Shown one piece after another: positions 40,250-51,186 of a stretch of 54,731 bases of DNA. The stretch lies in contig CAIYLB010000076.1 of the NCBI GenBank assembly GCA_903926935.1, forward strand, positions 1 through 54,731, given 5' to 3'. The DNA is from an uncultured Pseudomonadota bacterium (lineage in GTDB: Bacteria; Pseudomonadota; Gammaproteobacteria; Burkholderiales; Methylophilaceae). The notes under the pieces were generated by a model that saw nothing but the letters and a program-made list of their open reading frames with translations, was not told the origin of the DNA and ran no database searches. Both the position numbers and the translations under genes were made by a program. How positions within the stretch are numbered: position 1 is the first letter of the stretch; each line of letters opens with the position of its first letter.

Positions 40250-41287
40250 ATGATTAATAAAGTGCCATCCAACCGTCAAAACATTCCAGCCAAAGTCAGT
40301 CAATCACTTATAGACCAATTTGGTCGCACTGTTGACTACATTCGCTTGTCCATTACAGACCGCTGTGACTTTCGCTGCGTTTATTGCATGGCTGAAGAAA
40401 TGACTTTTTTGCCGCGCAATGAAGTACTGAGTCTAGAAGAATGTGCGCGTTTGGTTAAGGTTTTCGTCTCATTGGGTGTAAGTAAAGTGCGCATTACTGG
40501 CGGCGAACCTTTGGTACGTAAAAATGCTTTATGGTTATTTGAAACTATAGGAAAGCTGGATGGGCTTAATGAGTTAGTACTTACTACCAACGGAAGCCAA
40601 TTAGAAAAACAGGCACAGGATTTAAAAAATACTGGTGTTAAGCGTATCAATATTAGTGTCGATAGCCTAAATCCTGAACGCTTCAAAAAAATCACCCGCA
40701 CCGGTGAATTAGATAAAGTACTCCGCGGCATACAAGCGGCAAAGCTGGCTGGCTTTGAAAGTATCAAATTAAACACAGTAATTATGCGAGGCGTGAATGA
40801 TGACGAAATACTCTCGCTAGTAGATTTTGCCATTGCACAAGAGATTGACATCTCATTCATCGAAGAAATGCCCTTGGGTGACGTGGATCACACTAGAGAA
40901 TCAACCTTTTACAGCAATACTGACACCCTAAAAGTATTACAAAGTAAGCATCCACTCACTGCTAGTAATGAGACTACAGGCGGCCCAGCACGCTACTGGC
41001 GGGTAACGAACACACACACTAAAATTGGCTTCATTTCACCGCATAGCCATAACTTTTGCGAAAGCTGCAACCGAGTGCGTATTACTTGCAAGGGCGAACT
41101 GTACTTATGTTTAGGACAAGAAGATAAAGTTGAGTTGATGCCATTATTAAGAAACCATCTGAAGAATGACCAGCCGCTGATTGATGCCATATTAGGTAGC
41201 ATGGCGATTAAACCCAAAGGCCACGACTTTGATTTAAAGCGTGCCGAGCCAGCTGTAATACGCTTTATGTCACACACGGGCGGCTAG
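40250..41287 (+). CDS. moaA: GTP 3',8-cyclase
   Basis: CDFRCVYC, CESCNR..C and C-terminal GG. Confidence 0.97.
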   Translation: MINKVPSNRQNIPAKVSQSLIDQFGRTVDYIRLSITDRCDFRCVYCMAEEMTFLPRNEVLSLEECARLVKVFVSLGVSKVRITGGEPLVRKNALWLFETIGKLDGLNELVLTTNGSQLEKQAQDLKNTGVKRINISVDSLNPERFKKITRTGELDKVLRGIQAAKLAGFESIKLNTVIMRGVNDDEILSLVDFAIAQEIDISFIEEMPLGDVDHTRESTFYSNTDTLKVLQSKHPLTASNETTGGPARYWRVTNTHTKIGFISPHSHNFCESCNRVRITCKGELYLCLGQEDKVELMPLLRNHLKNDQPLIDAILGSMAIKPKGHDFDLKRAEPAVIRFMSHTGG

Positions 41288-41305
41288 GTTTTTCATTCAT
41301 TCATC

Positions 41306-41914
41306 ATGGAAATTTCAAGCATTATTCTCGCAGGTGGCCGTGCAACTCGTATGGGTGGTGCAGATAAAGGTTTAGTTCAGCTGCAAAATAAACCGCTTAT
41401 TCAGCATGTCATTCAGCGCCTAACACCACAAGTCGATGAAATTATCATCAATGCCAACCGCGGAATTAACCAATATCAAGCTTTGGGTTACCCGGTAATA
41501 GAGGATGAAATAAGCGGATTTTCAGGGCCTCTAGCCGGCTTTAGTTTGGGATTAAAACACGCAAAGCATGATTTCTTACTCACAGTGCCTTGTGACTCGC
41601 CATTACTACCCTTAGATCTAGCCACTCGATTAATGGCCGCACTCATTGAAAATAATGCTGATATTGCCGTCGCAACTAGTAATGGTGACACCCACCCAGT
41701 CTTTTGTTTATGTAAAAAAATTCTGCTTAAAAGTTTGGAAGATTATTTAAATAATGGCTTACGCAAAGTAAGTGCCTGGCAAAAAGAGCAAAAGTATATT
41801 GAAGTCGACTTTAGCGATTGTATTGATAGAAACGGCCATGATGCGTTTATCAACCTTAATACAATAGAAGACATCAGCGCCTTAGAACTCGACTTAAAAC
41901 TAGCAGTCAGATAA
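41306..41914 (+). CDS. mobA: Molybdenum cofactor guanylyltransferase
   Basis: LAGGRATRMGG.DKG, GPLAG and PCDSP. Confidence 0.95.
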   Translation: MEISSIILAGGRATRMGGADKGLVQLQNKPLIQHVIQRLTPQVDEIIINANRGINQYQALGYPVIEDEISGFSGPLAGFSLGLKHAKHDFLLTVPCDSPLLPLDLATRLMAALIENNADIAVATSNGDTHPVFCLCKKILLKSLEDYLNNGLRKVSAWQKEQKYIEVDFSDCIDRNGHDAFINLNTIEDISALELDLKLAVR

Positions 41915-41919
41915 ATTAT

Positions 41920-42459
41920 ATGATTAAACATTCTCAATCCTTGCCTGTATTAGGCATTTGCGCAGCGGGCAGCAATGCAGGCAAAACCACCTTGGTGACG
42001 CAATTAATCCCTGAACTCCAATTACGCAATATCAGAGTTTCCGTCATCAAGCATGCCCATCACAAGTTTGATATTGACCATCCAGGTAAAGATAGTTATA
42101 AAATTCGTCAGGCTGGCGCGGTACAAACATTAATTGCCTCAAGTAAGCGCTGGGCTTTAATGACGGAGCTAGCCGATGCCGATGATGAAGCCAATTTAGA
42201 TGCATTGATTCAACAAATTAACCCTGATTATGCAGACTTAATATTGGTCGAGGGTTTTAAATCTGAGCCTATACGTAAAATTGAAGTTTATAGATCTAGC
42301 TTAAATATTGCATTATTAGCACTTTTAGATTCCGACATTATTGCAGTAGCTAGCGATGCACCGCTGCCAGACAATATAAGTATCACAACGCCAGTATTAG
42401 ACTTAAACAATATTAGTCAAATTGCCGATTTTATTATGCAAGAAATGAACAAGTCATGA
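41920..42459 (+). CDS. mobB: MGD biosynthesis protein B
   Basis: SNAGKTT, KHAHH.FDID and LVEGFK. Confidence 0.95.
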   Translation: MIKHSQSLPVLGICAAGSNAGKTTLVTQLIPELQLRNIRVSVIKHAHHKFDIDHPGKDSYKIRQAGAVQTLIASSKRWALMTELADADDEANLDALIQQINPDYADLILVEGFKSEPIRKIEVYRSSLNIALLALLDSDIIAVASDAPLPDNISITTPVLDLNNISQIADFIMQEMNKS

Positions 42460-43754
42460 GCCAAAAAACAGCACAAACAATACCAGCCTTAGCGCCCGCC
42501 GACATGGACGACTATGATCCCAATTCTATGTCGGTAAACAAAGCGCGGCAATTTATTAAACAATATTTAAGCCCAGTACAGCAAACTGAATTTTTAGCGC
42601 TACGCGACAGCCTTGGCCGAGTACTAGCAACGAATATATTATCGCCAGCCAACGTGCCAAATTATGACAATTCTGCGATGGATGGCTACGCCTTCAATGC
42701 GGACGACAGTTGTACTGATGGGCCAACGCAACTCAATGTCATTACAACAATTTTTGCAGGAAAGTCATCGAACATTGCACTAAAAAGCGGCGAGTGCGGG
42801 CGCATCATGACAGGCGGCATGATGCCAACTGGCGCAGACAGCGTTATTATGCAAGAGCGCGTCACTGTTGCAGATGGCTGCATTACTTTCACTGAAGCGC
42901 CAAAACGCGGCATGAATGTACGCTATGCTGGAGAAGATTTACAGCAAGGCCAAACGGTTTTAGCCGCGGGACATTGCATGCGTGTAGCCGACTTAGGCTT
43001 AATTGCTTCGCTTGGCATCGCTGAAGTTAGCGTCTACCGCAAACTTAAAGTAGCGTTTTTTTCTACCGGTGATGAGTTAGCCGGCCTGGATCAGCCACTT
43101 CAAATCGGCCAAGTCTACGACAGTAATCGTTATACGCTTTTTGGGATGTTAAGCCGAATGGGCGTTGAAATTATTGACTTAGGCGCAATTGCAGATGATC
43201 CCATTTTACTTGAAAAGACCTTGCTCGCGGCAGCCAGTCAAGCAGATGTTGTGATCACTAGTGGCGGTGTTTCAGTAGGTGAGGCGGATTATATGAAGCT
43301 GTTATTAGCCAAACACGGCCAAGTGGTATTTTGGAAAATAGCCATGAAGCCTGGCCGCCCGTTGGCCTATGGAAAGATACAAGGCAATGATGCTAATGCA
43401 GCACATTACTTTGGCTTGCCGGGTAATCCTGTGGCTGTAATGGTCACGTTTTATCAATTTGTACGCGAGGCGATGCTGATATTAATGGGTCAAGCCAATG
43501 CAGCGCCATTACCAAGTTTCAAGGTTGAATGTACTGAAAAAATCAAAAAAATGACTGGGCGCACTGAATTCCAACGCGGTATATTATTTGCCGATAACGA
43601 TGGGGTTTGGAAGGTTAAGCCTACCGGCTCGCAGGGATCAGCAATATTAAGCTCAATGTCACTAGCCAATTGCTTTATTGTGTTAGATGAAAATGTGGGT
43701 AATCTTGAGCCTGGCAGCTTGGTAAATGTACAGGTTATAGATGGAATTATTTAA
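42456..43754 (+). CDS. moeA: Molybdopterin molybdotransferase
   Basis: SAMDGYA, STGDEL, SGGVSVG and LPGNP. Confidence 0.96.
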   Translation: MSQKTAQTIPALAPADMDDYDPNSMSVNKARQFIKQYLSPVQQTEFLALRDSLGRVLATNILSPANVPNYDNSAMDGYAFNADDSCTDGPTQLNVITTIFAGKSSNIALKSGECGRIMTGGMMPTGADSVIMQERVTVADGCITFTEAPKRGMNVRYAGEDLQQGQTVLAAGHCMRVADLGLIASLGIAEVSVYRKLKVAFFSTGDELAGLDQPLQIGQVYDSNRYTLFGMLSRMGVEIIDLGAIADDPILLEKTLLAAASQADVVITSGGVSVGEADYMKLLLAKHGQVVFWKIAMKPGRPLAYGKIQGNDANAAHYFGLPGNPVAVMVTFYQFVREAMLILMGQANAAPLPSFKVECTEKIKKMTGRTEFQRGILFADNDGVWKVKPTGSQGSAILSSMSLANCFIVLDENVGNLEPGSLVNVQVIDGII

Positions 43755-43899
43755 AGTTAGCATTTACGTTTCGCTTGATTAATTTTTCTTTGATATTTTT
43801 TCTTGGATACTTTGACTAAAGGCTAGCCTAACCTTGGTTAAATGGAGCCAATTGCAATTGGCCGACAAATATCAATCAAGCTTGTTGTATAATTTTTAG

Positions 43900-44697
43900 T
43901 TGCAGTTAATGCTACTACTAAATTTTTCTAATCAATCTAGGCCTTTTTTGTCTTTGAACCTTGCTGTTAACAACGCCACAACCAGTCATTACAAATTGGG
44001 TGAGAACACACTTATTTGGGCCATTATTTGCTCAGTGCTATTGCATGGTTTGCTGGCAGTAGTTATTCCAAATATCCACCTAGATCCTGTTAAAAAACCA
44101 GACATTCTGGAAATTGAGTTTTTGAAAAAACCTGAAGCTCAACCGGAAGCGTTGCCTGAACCGATTCAACCCAAGCCTAAGACCGTTCAGCCAAAACTAC
44201 AGACTAAACCTGAGTCTAAGCCTTTAAAAGCACCAACAGTAGTCAAAAATGAAGCTACGCCATATCAACCACCACCGACTAATATAGCCCCACAAACTGA
44301 AGTGATTGCTGTCACCCCTAAGCCAGAAACGCCTTCGCCTACGCCACCAGTGCCCGTTGCTAGCCCTGCTCCACCGCCACCAAACCAAGCTGACTTAGAC
44401 GACGCAAGAGGCCGTTATGGCAATACTCTGTGGGGCGCTATAGGTAAACATAAACAATATCCAAAGCTTGCGCAGATGCGCGGCTGGCAGGGCGAGGTCG
44501 TTGTAGAACTGCAGTTGGATGGTAACGGCAAACTTAAATCGAAAAAAATCATACAATCCAGTGGCCATGATGTGCTGGATAGGCAAGCCTTAGATATGGT
44601 TGAAAAAGCCGCGCCCTTTCCTTTGCCACCTGAAACCCTACGTGGCAACAGTTTTAGCATTAAGGTGCCTATTCCATTTAAGCTTGAAGAGCAGTAA
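43900..44697 (+). CDS. TonB-family energy transducer (start uncertain)
   Basis: TM SVLLH, Pro-rich linker, YP..A..RG.QG and SSG..LD. Confidence 0.88.
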   Translation: MQLMLLLNFSNQSRPFLSLNLAVNNATTSHYKLGENTLIWAIICSVLLHGLLAVVIPNIHLDPVKKPDILEIEFLKKPEAQPEALPEPIQPKPKTVQPKLQTKPESKPLKAPTVVKNEATPYQPPPTNIAPQTEVIAVTPKPETPSPTPPVPVASPAPPPPNQADLDDARGRYGNTLWGAIGKHKQYPKLAQMRGWQGEVVVELQLDGNGKLKSKKIIQSSGHDVLDRQALDMVEKAAPFPLPPETLRGNSFSIKVPIPFKLEEQ

Positions 44698-44735
44698 TGT
44701 GTAAGCTGGATCAGGTAGCCATTCACTAACGCCTT

Positions 44736-46229
44736 ATGATCAAGAAAAATAAATCTCTCAAAGACTTACTACTCATCCATGAGCTAGCCTTTATATTGCT
44801 GATTATTCTGGCCGCGGCGGCTGGTGCAATCGGCATCCACATGTGGGAAAAATCTAGCCAAGAATCCAATCGCATCAACTCCTTAGTTACCGAAGTACAA
44901 CAAACGCGTGGTGATTTATATCGACAAATGAAAGAATTATTTGATGCCTATTTTTTGGATGACTTAGGTGCGCATGCTGAGTATGACAACTTTACGATTT
45001 CGGTAGAAAAACACTTTGCGCAACTTAAAAAAATCACTGTGGGTCCAGCGGAACAGACGGCGATTAACGACCTGCATGCCAGCTATGAAGAATTTGTGTT
45101 TGAAACCTCCACCCTATTTGACCAAAGTAAAGGCATTAACAACGAAGCCACTAAGAACGCCATCAAGCGTTCATTAAATTCAGGTTTAGAAACTGGTCTA
45201 TTTAAGCGTTACGAAGATATTCTTGCCCATACTGAGAGCTTGTTGAGCCAGAAGCAAGTCGAGTTAGATAGGCAACTCATAGACACCAAACGTACATCAA
45301 CTATCCTAATGATCATCCCGTTACTTTTAGCGGTGCTGTTACTCATGTTCTCACGGGTATTTCTTAAGCGCGCTATTGTAAAACCAATTGATGGCGTATT
45401 AAAAGCTACCTCTGAAATTAGTGCTGGCAACCTGACTCACAGGGCGCCAGAAGAAGGCGTTGCCGAACTTGCGGCGGTCTCAAAAGCGGTTAATGACATG
45501 GCGGATAAGTTAGGGCTTAGCCAAGAAGCGTTAGTGCGCAGCGAAAAACAAGCCGCCCAAGGCTTATTAGTGCCTATGCTAGCGCATAATATTCGAAATC
45601 CATTAGCGAGTATTCGCGCTATAGCACAAGTGATGGACGACCCAGAACATGATGCTGAAACGCGGGAAAATTTGCGCGGCATCATAAACTCGGTAGACAG
45701 GCTAGAGCGCTGGACAGGCGCATTACTAGCTTACCTGCTACCATTAAAACCTCAACCAAGCAGCAGCACTTTTAAAGAGATTATTGAAGGTGCATTAACG
45801 CCTTTGCAGCAAAAAATAAAAGAAAAATCCATCATCATTACGCTACCGTCATGGCGTAAAAACAATACGATATTGACCGACCAGCATTTACTAGAACAAG
45901 TCATCTACAATTTACTGCTTAACGCAATCGACGCTTCTAGCAAGGCTGGCAGCCTAGAAATATCACTCAGTTTGGTTAAACAAGTATATATACTGCAACT
46001 GTTAGATAGTGGTTGCGGCATGCCATTTACGCCTGATCCAAGCGCCATGAGCGCACCAACCACAAAAAGATTTGGCACTGGACTAGGTATTCCATTTGCA
46101 TTTAAAGTATGTGATGCATTAGGTGGTACGCTTAAATTTTCGACAAGAGCCGAAGGTGGAACGGCAATTACCATTTCAATACCCAAAACATTTAACTTGG
46201 CTGATACGGAAATAGTGAAAGAAATATAA
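44736..46229 (+). CDS. Sensor histidine kinase with periplasmic and HAMP domains
   Basis: Two TMs; H-box AHNIRNPL, N-box NLLLNA, DSGCG and GTGLG. Confidence 0.9.
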   Translation: MIKKNKSLKDLLLIHELAFILLIILAAAAGAIGIHMWEKSSQESNRINSLVTEVQQTRGDLYRQMKELFDAYFLDDLGAHAEYDNFTISVEKHFAQLKKITVGPAEQTAINDLHASYEEFVFETSTLFDQSKGINNEATKNAIKRSLNSGLETGLFKRYEDILAHTESLLSQKQVELDRQLIDTKRTSTILMIIPLLLAVLLLMFSRVFLKRAIVKPIDGVLKATSEISAGNLTHRAPEEGVAELAAVSKAVNDMADKLGLSQEALVRSEKQAAQGLLVPMLAHNIRNPLASIRAIAQVMDDPEHDAETRENLRGIINSVDRLERWTGALLAYLLPLKPQPSSSTFKEIIEGALTPLQQKIKEKSIIITLPSWRKNNTILTDQHLLEQVIYNLLLNAIDASSKAGSLEISLSLVKQVYILQLLDSGCGMPFTPDPSAMSAPTTKRFGTGLGIPFAFKVCDALGGTLKFSTRAEGGTAITISIPKTFNLADTEIVKEI

Positions 46230-46362
46230 AGACTTAATAACAAATAAATATTGTCACATTATTGTTATATTCTATTGCCTTAATCTGGCTTTTTATCAAC
46301 AATAGAGCAAGGCTTAATTATTTTAGAGCCCAGCTTAAATATAAAAAGATGTAAATACAAAA

Positions 46363-46833
46363 ATGACACAAACTCTAATGATGAATCAAGCGGTTATAGA
46401 TTTTCAGCTAGCTGCAACCAGTGGTAAAACTTTTAAACTGTGCGATTATCTTGGTAAAAACCTAGTGATTTACTTTTACCCAAAAGACTCAACGCCAGGC
46501 TGTACCACGCAAGGCATACAATTCAGAGATACTTATGCTGATTTTCAAGCAAACGATACCGAAATTTTTGGTGTTTCACGCGACAGCTTAAAATCACACG
46601 AAAACTTCAAAGCTAAATTCACTTTCCCATTTGAATTGCTGGCAGATACGGAAGAATTAGCCTGCACATTATTTGGCGTAATAAAAATGAAAAACATGTA
46701 TGGCAAACAAGTACGGGGTATAGAACGCAGCACGTTTATTATTGATAAAAATGGTAGATTAGTCAAAGAATGGCGTGGTGTTAAAGTTGAAGGCCACGCA
46801 GCAGAAGTATTTAATTTTATTAAAACGCTCTAA
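46363..46833 (+). CDS. bcp: Peroxiredoxin Bcp/PrxQ
   Basis: YFYPKDSTPGCT and GIERSTF. Confidence 0.9.
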   Translation: MTQTLMMNQAVIDFQLAATSGKTFKLCDYLGKNLVIYFYPKDSTPGCTTQGIQFRDTYADFQANDTEIFGVSRDSLKSHENFKAKFTFPFELLADTEELACTLFGVIKMKNMYGKQVRGIERSTFIIDKNGRLVKEWRGVKVEGHAAEVFNFIKTL

Positions 46834-46922
46834 ATAGCAGCATAAGATTTAAATTAAATTTTGGGTTTAACTCTAAGTCTAATCATAGGTTTCATTTCAA
46901 CACTCTCATAGAAAGCTATTTT

Positions 46923-48320
46923 ATGGCCAAAAAACAAATCGAAGCCGCAAAACTATTCGTACTTGATACCAATGTTCTAATGCATGACCCTTCTAGTTTA
47001 TTTCGCTTTGAAGAGCATGATATTTACTTACCTATGGTGACGTTGGAAGAACTGGATAACAACAAAAAAGGTTTAACAGAAGTTGCACGTAATGCACGCC
47101 AAGCTAGCCGTAATTTAGAAGAAATTGTCGGTACTGCTTTAGTAGACCTTGAACTTGGATGCTCGCTGTCTATTCATGGCAATAAACACGTAACAGGCCG
47201 TCTATTTTTACAAACCAATCAAGTAAATGTTGAATTACCTGGCTTAGCCGGCAGCAAGGCAGACAACCAGATTCTTGGCGTAGTGATGGCTCTGCAACAC
47301 AGCCATCCTAGCCGACAAGTTATTTTAGTCAGTAAAGATATTAACATTCGGATTAAGGCGCGCGCATTAGGTATGCCTGCCGAAGACTACTTTAACGATA
47401 AAGTACTAGAAGATACTGAGCTTTTATACAGCGGCATGAAAGAATTACCCGCTGACTTTTGGGAAAAACACAGCAAGGAAATGGAATCATGGCAAGAGTC
47501 AGGCCGTATGTTCTATCGCCTATCTGGCCCTTTGTGTAAAACATTCTTGATTAATGAATTTGTTTTTTATGAATATGAAAAACCTTTTCATGCAATGGTA
47601 CGTAGCGTAGAAGGCAATACCGCAGTATTAGAAGTGGTTAAAGATCATCTCTTACCTAAAAACAATGTTTGGGGCATTACTGCACGCAATCGCGAACAGA
47701 ATTTTGCACTTAACCTACTGATGGACCCTGAAGTCGATTTCGTCAGCCTATTAGGCCAAGCTGGTACAGGTAAAACCCTACTTACACTTGCGGCGGCACT
47801 CACTCAAGTACTTGATACAAAAATTTACTCTGAAATTATCATGACCCGCGTCACGGTTTCTGTGGGTGAAGATATTGGCTTTTTACCGGGTACTGAAGAA
47901 GAAAAAATGGGCCCGTGGATGGGTGCGCTAGATGATAATTTAGACGTACTAAATAAAAGCGATGAAGATGCTGGTGAATGGGGTCGCGCTGCCACGCAAG
48001 ATTTAATCCGCAGCCGCATTAAGGTCAAATCACTCAACTTTATGCGTGGACGCACTTTTTTAAATAAGTTTTTAATTATAGATGAAGCGCAAAATCTAAC
48101 ACCTAAACAAATGAAAACACTCATTACCCGTGCTGGTCCTGGCACTAAAGTGGTGTGTTTGGGCAATATTGCACAAATCGATACGCCTTATTTAACAGAA
48201 GGAAGTTCTGGCCTAACTTATGTGGTTGATCGCTTCAAAGGTTGGGGACATAACGGCCATGTAACATTACTGCGTGGTGAGCGTTCTCGCTTAGCCGACT
48301 TTGCTGCTGAGGTTTTGTAA
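46923..48320 (+). CDS. PhoH-family ATPase with N-terminal PIN domain
   Basis: VLDTNV, GQAGTGKT, RGRT and DEAQN. Confidence 0.92.
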   Translation: MAKKQIEAAKLFVLDTNVLMHDPSSLFRFEEHDIYLPMVTLEELDNNKKGLTEVARNARQASRNLEEIVGTALVDLELGCSLSIHGNKHVTGRLFLQTNQVNVELPGLAGSKADNQILGVVMALQHSHPSRQVILVSKDINIRIKARALGMPAEDYFNDKVLEDTELLYSGMKELPADFWEKHSKEMESWQESGRMFYRLSGPLCKTFLINEFVFYEYEKPFHAMVRSVEGNTAVLEVVKDHLLPKNNVWGITARNREQNFALNLLMDPEVDFVSLLGQAGTGKTLLTLAAALTQVLDTKIYSEIIMTRVTVSVGEDIGFLPGTEEEKMGPWMGALDDNLDVLNKSDEDAGEWGRAATQDLIRSRIKVKSLNFMRGRTFLNKFLIIDEAQNLTPKQMKTLITRAGPGTKVVCLGNIAQIDTPYLTEGSSGLTYVVDRFKGWGHNGHVTLLRGERSRLADFAAEVL

Positions 48321-48325
48321 TCAGG

Positions 48326-49486
48326 ATGCGTAGAGGATTTTATAACCTACTTATTGCGCAGTTTTTATCAGCGCTGGCTGATAATGCATTGTTATTTGCA
48401 GCGATTGCTTTGCTGCAAAAAATGCATGCCCCGGATTGGCACAAGCCGCTATTACTGCAATTTTTTGTGATTTCTTATATCGTTCTAGCTCCTTTTGTTG
48501 GCTCATTTGCCGATGCATTACCAAAAGGGCGAGTGATGTTTATTGCCAATGGTATTAAATTTATTGGTAGTTTAGCCATGATTTTGGGAATGCCACCACT
48601 CTATGCCTACAGCATCGTTGGCATAGGTGCGGCGGCCTATTCACCAGCAAAATACGGCATTTTAACTGAGCTTCTGCCACCAAATAAACTAGTCAGCGCC
48701 AACGGCTGGGTAGAAGGTTCAACCGTGATTGCGATTATTCTAGGCGCTATTGTCGGTGGAAAAATGGCAAGCATAGACCCAGAAATCGCCATCATTGCGA
48801 TTACTGTTTTATATTTAGTGGCGGCAGGCTTTAACTTATTCATTCCCAAATTACCCATTGATCATACTATTCCAAAGAAAGACCTAGTATCTCTCATTAG
48901 AGATTTTTATCGCTCATTTATTGTACTTTGGTGCGATACGGAAGGCCAAGTGTCATTATCAGTCACCACTTTATTTTGGGGTGCGGGAGCCACTTTAAGG
49001 TTGGTGGTTATCGCTTGGGCAGGCATCGCACTTAACCTTAATCTCGACCACGCAACGCAGATGACAGCAGCAGTCGCCTTAGGCGTGGCAATAGGCTCAA
49101 TTATAGCTGCACGCTACATAAGGCTTGAGAATTCGGTGAAAGTCCTACCCGCAGGCATTCTAATGGGCTTACTAGTGATTAGCATGGTGCTGGTCAACGA
49201 TTGGCTAATCGCAGCTATTTTATTGTTTTTGATAGGTGTTCTGAGTGGATTTTTTGTGGTGCCTTTGAATGCACTATTACAACACAGAGGTCATTTACTC
49301 ATCGGTGCTGGCCACTCGATTGCCGTTCAAAATTTTAATGAGAACCTTGGTATTTTAATATTAAGCGGCGCTTATACTTGGATGGTTAAAGCGAACCTAC
49401 ATATAGATCATATCGTGATCATTTTTGGCTTATTCGTGGTTATATCGATGAGCTTAATTAATCGATTGTATCGCAAACAAATATAA
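48326..49486 (+). CDS. lplT: Lysophospholipid transporter (MFS)
   Basis: AQFLSALADNALL, YSPAKYG and AVQNFNEN. Confidence 0.92.
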   Translation: MRRGFYNLLIAQFLSALADNALLFAAIALLQKMHAPDWHKPLLLQFFVISYIVLAPFVGSFADALPKGRVMFIANGIKFIGSLAMILGMPPLYAYSIVGIGAAAYSPAKYGILTELLPPNKLVSANGWVEGSTVIAIILGAIVGGKMASIDPEIAIIAITVLYLVAAGFNLFIPKLPIDHTIPKKDLVSLIRDFYRSFIVLWCDTEGQVSLSVTTLFWGAGATLRLVVIAWAGIALNLNLDHATQMTAAVALGVAIGSIIAARYIRLENSVKVLPAGILMGLLVISMVLVNDWLIAAILLFLIGVLSGFFVVPLNALLQHRGHLLIGAGHSIAVQNFNENLGILILSGAYTWMVKANLHIDHIVIIFGLFVVISMSLINRLYRKQI

Positions 49487-49516
49487 CTAAAGCCTCGAAT
49501 TCGAGGCTTTAGTTAT
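49483..49516. terminator. Perfect 34-bp palindrome between convergent genes; probable bidirectional terminator
   Basis: ATAACTAAAGCCTCGAATTCGAGGCTTTAGTTAT. Confidence 0.75.
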
Positions 49517-49589
49517 TCTGATGAGTCTTATTAACTTTACTAGTAACGTGTAATATTAGCCGCCTAGTTTATTGGCAATGATGGCAATA

Positions 49590-50936
49590 CTAGTGAAGCT
49601 TAACGTGCGACTCTGTACGTCGCGTGATAATGCGCGCAAGGGTTTGTAAGGCGGTACTCCAAAAGCCGTGCAATGCCATTAAATGCATTTTATATAATGA
49701 CTTGTACATTAGTCTTGCAAACATTCCCTCAATAAAAAGACTACCTCCAGTAATAGACCCCATCAGACTTCCCACAGTAGAGTAACGCCCTAGATTGACC
49801 AGCGATCCATAATCTCGATAGGTATATTCTGGCAAATCTTTTTTACCGGCAACACGACACTTAACCGTTTTAATCATCATAGAAGCCTGCTGATGGGCAG
49901 CCTGCGCACGTGGTGGAACGTTTGTCTCAGCTATACCAGCAGTGGCATCTAATCGTGGGCAGGCAGCACAGTCACCAAAGGCGAATATACTTTCATCGCG
50001 TGTAGTTTGTAAGTTGCGGTGAACCACTAATTGATTAATTCGATTAGTTTCCAAGCCATCTATTTCACGTAGAAATTCTGGTGCCTTAATACCCGCAGCC
50101 CAAACAACTAGTGCTGATGGAATAAATAAACCACTATGGGTAAATATCCCCTTGTCCGTCACCTCGGTAACACGTTCACTGGTATAAAGATTAACTTTTA
50201 GCTTACGCAACTCTAAATCTACAGAATGAGAGAGCTGTGCTGGCAAGGCTGGCAGTACTCTATCACTCGCTTCGATTAAGGAAATTCTAATATCGTGGTC
50301 TGGATCAATTTTATCCAACCCGTAGGCAGTTAGTTCACGCGTAGTATTATGCAACTCAGCTGAAAGCTCTACACCCGTTGCACCAGCGCCCACAATGACC
50401 ACTTCTAGCTGACCAGCCTGTAAGGGTTCAATCTGCGTTTGGGCACGTAATAAGGCATTATGTAAACGCCTATGAAAGCGTTCTGCCTCCTCTTGAGTAT
50501 CTAAAGCAATTGAATACTCACTTGCACCTTTTACGCCAAAATCATTGGTAGTACTGCCCACCGCAATAATCAAGGTGTCATATTGCAAGGTGCGTCTAGG
50601 AATCACCTCAATGCCATCCTCATCGTGATGTGGCGAGATGGAAATTTCACGTTTAGACCGATCTAGACTATCCATGCTACCCAGACGAAATTTAAAATGA
50701 TGCCAGTGGGCTTGTGCAATATAGTCTAGCTCATGTTTTTCAGGATCCATACTACCGGCTGCGATTTCATGCAATAGCGGTTTCCAAACGTGCGTTTTAG
50801 ATTTATCAATGAGTGTAATCAGCGCCTTACCTTTTCGACCTAGGCTATCGCCAAGCTTAGTTGCCAGCTCTAATCCGCCGGCACCACCACCCACAATAAC
50901 AACATGATGCAAGGGATGATTAACTGAGTTGTTCAT
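49590..50936 (-). CDS. ndh: Type II NADH dehydrogenase
   Basis: GGGAGG, WKPLLHE, GAGATGVE and PPRAQAAHQ. Confidence 0.92.
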   Translation of the reverse strand: MNNSVNHPLHHVVIVGGGAGGLELATKLGDSLGRKGKALITLIDKSKTHVWKPLLHEIAAGSMDPEKHELDYIAQAHWHHFKFRLGSMDSLDRSKREISISPHHDEDGIEVIPRRTLQYDTLIIAVGSTTNDFGVKGASEYSIALDTQEEAERFHRRLHNALLRAQTQIEPLQAGQLEVVIVGAGATGVELSAELHNTTRELTAYGLDKIDPDHDIRISLIEASDRVLPALPAQLSHSVDLELRKLKVNLYTSERVTEVTDKGIFTHSGLFIPSALVVWAAGIKAPEFLREIDGLETNRINQLVVHRNLQTTRDESIFAFGDCAACPRLDATAGIAETNVPPRAQAAHQQASMMIKTVKCRVAGKKDLPEYTYRDYGSLVNLGRYSTVGSLMGSITGGSLFIEGMFARLMYKSLYKMHLMALHGFWSTALQTLARIITRRTESHVKLH

Positions 50937-51071
50937 GGGAACCTTAATTGAAAAAATTTAATCAGACAAAAGTACGTTAAAAATATCAGCGATGACTAAT
51001 AGCCATTACTGATAAAAATACTGCATAGTTACGTTCATTTAACGTATTGCCAACAATATTGCATATACAAT

Positions 51072-51100
51072 AAAAAAAGCTACTGTAATTATACAGTAGC
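51072..51100 (-). terminator. Intrinsic terminator after the lipoprotein cytochrome gene
   Basis: GCTACTGT-AATTAT-ACAGTAGC plus a U-run on the minus strand. Confidence 0.8.
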
Positions 51101-51186
51101 CGTTTAAGTTGTCAGTGCTTCAAGCTGGTTTTGCCAACAGCAATTGTTGCCATTATTTTGCTAATGACTTAACACCTAACCAAATG

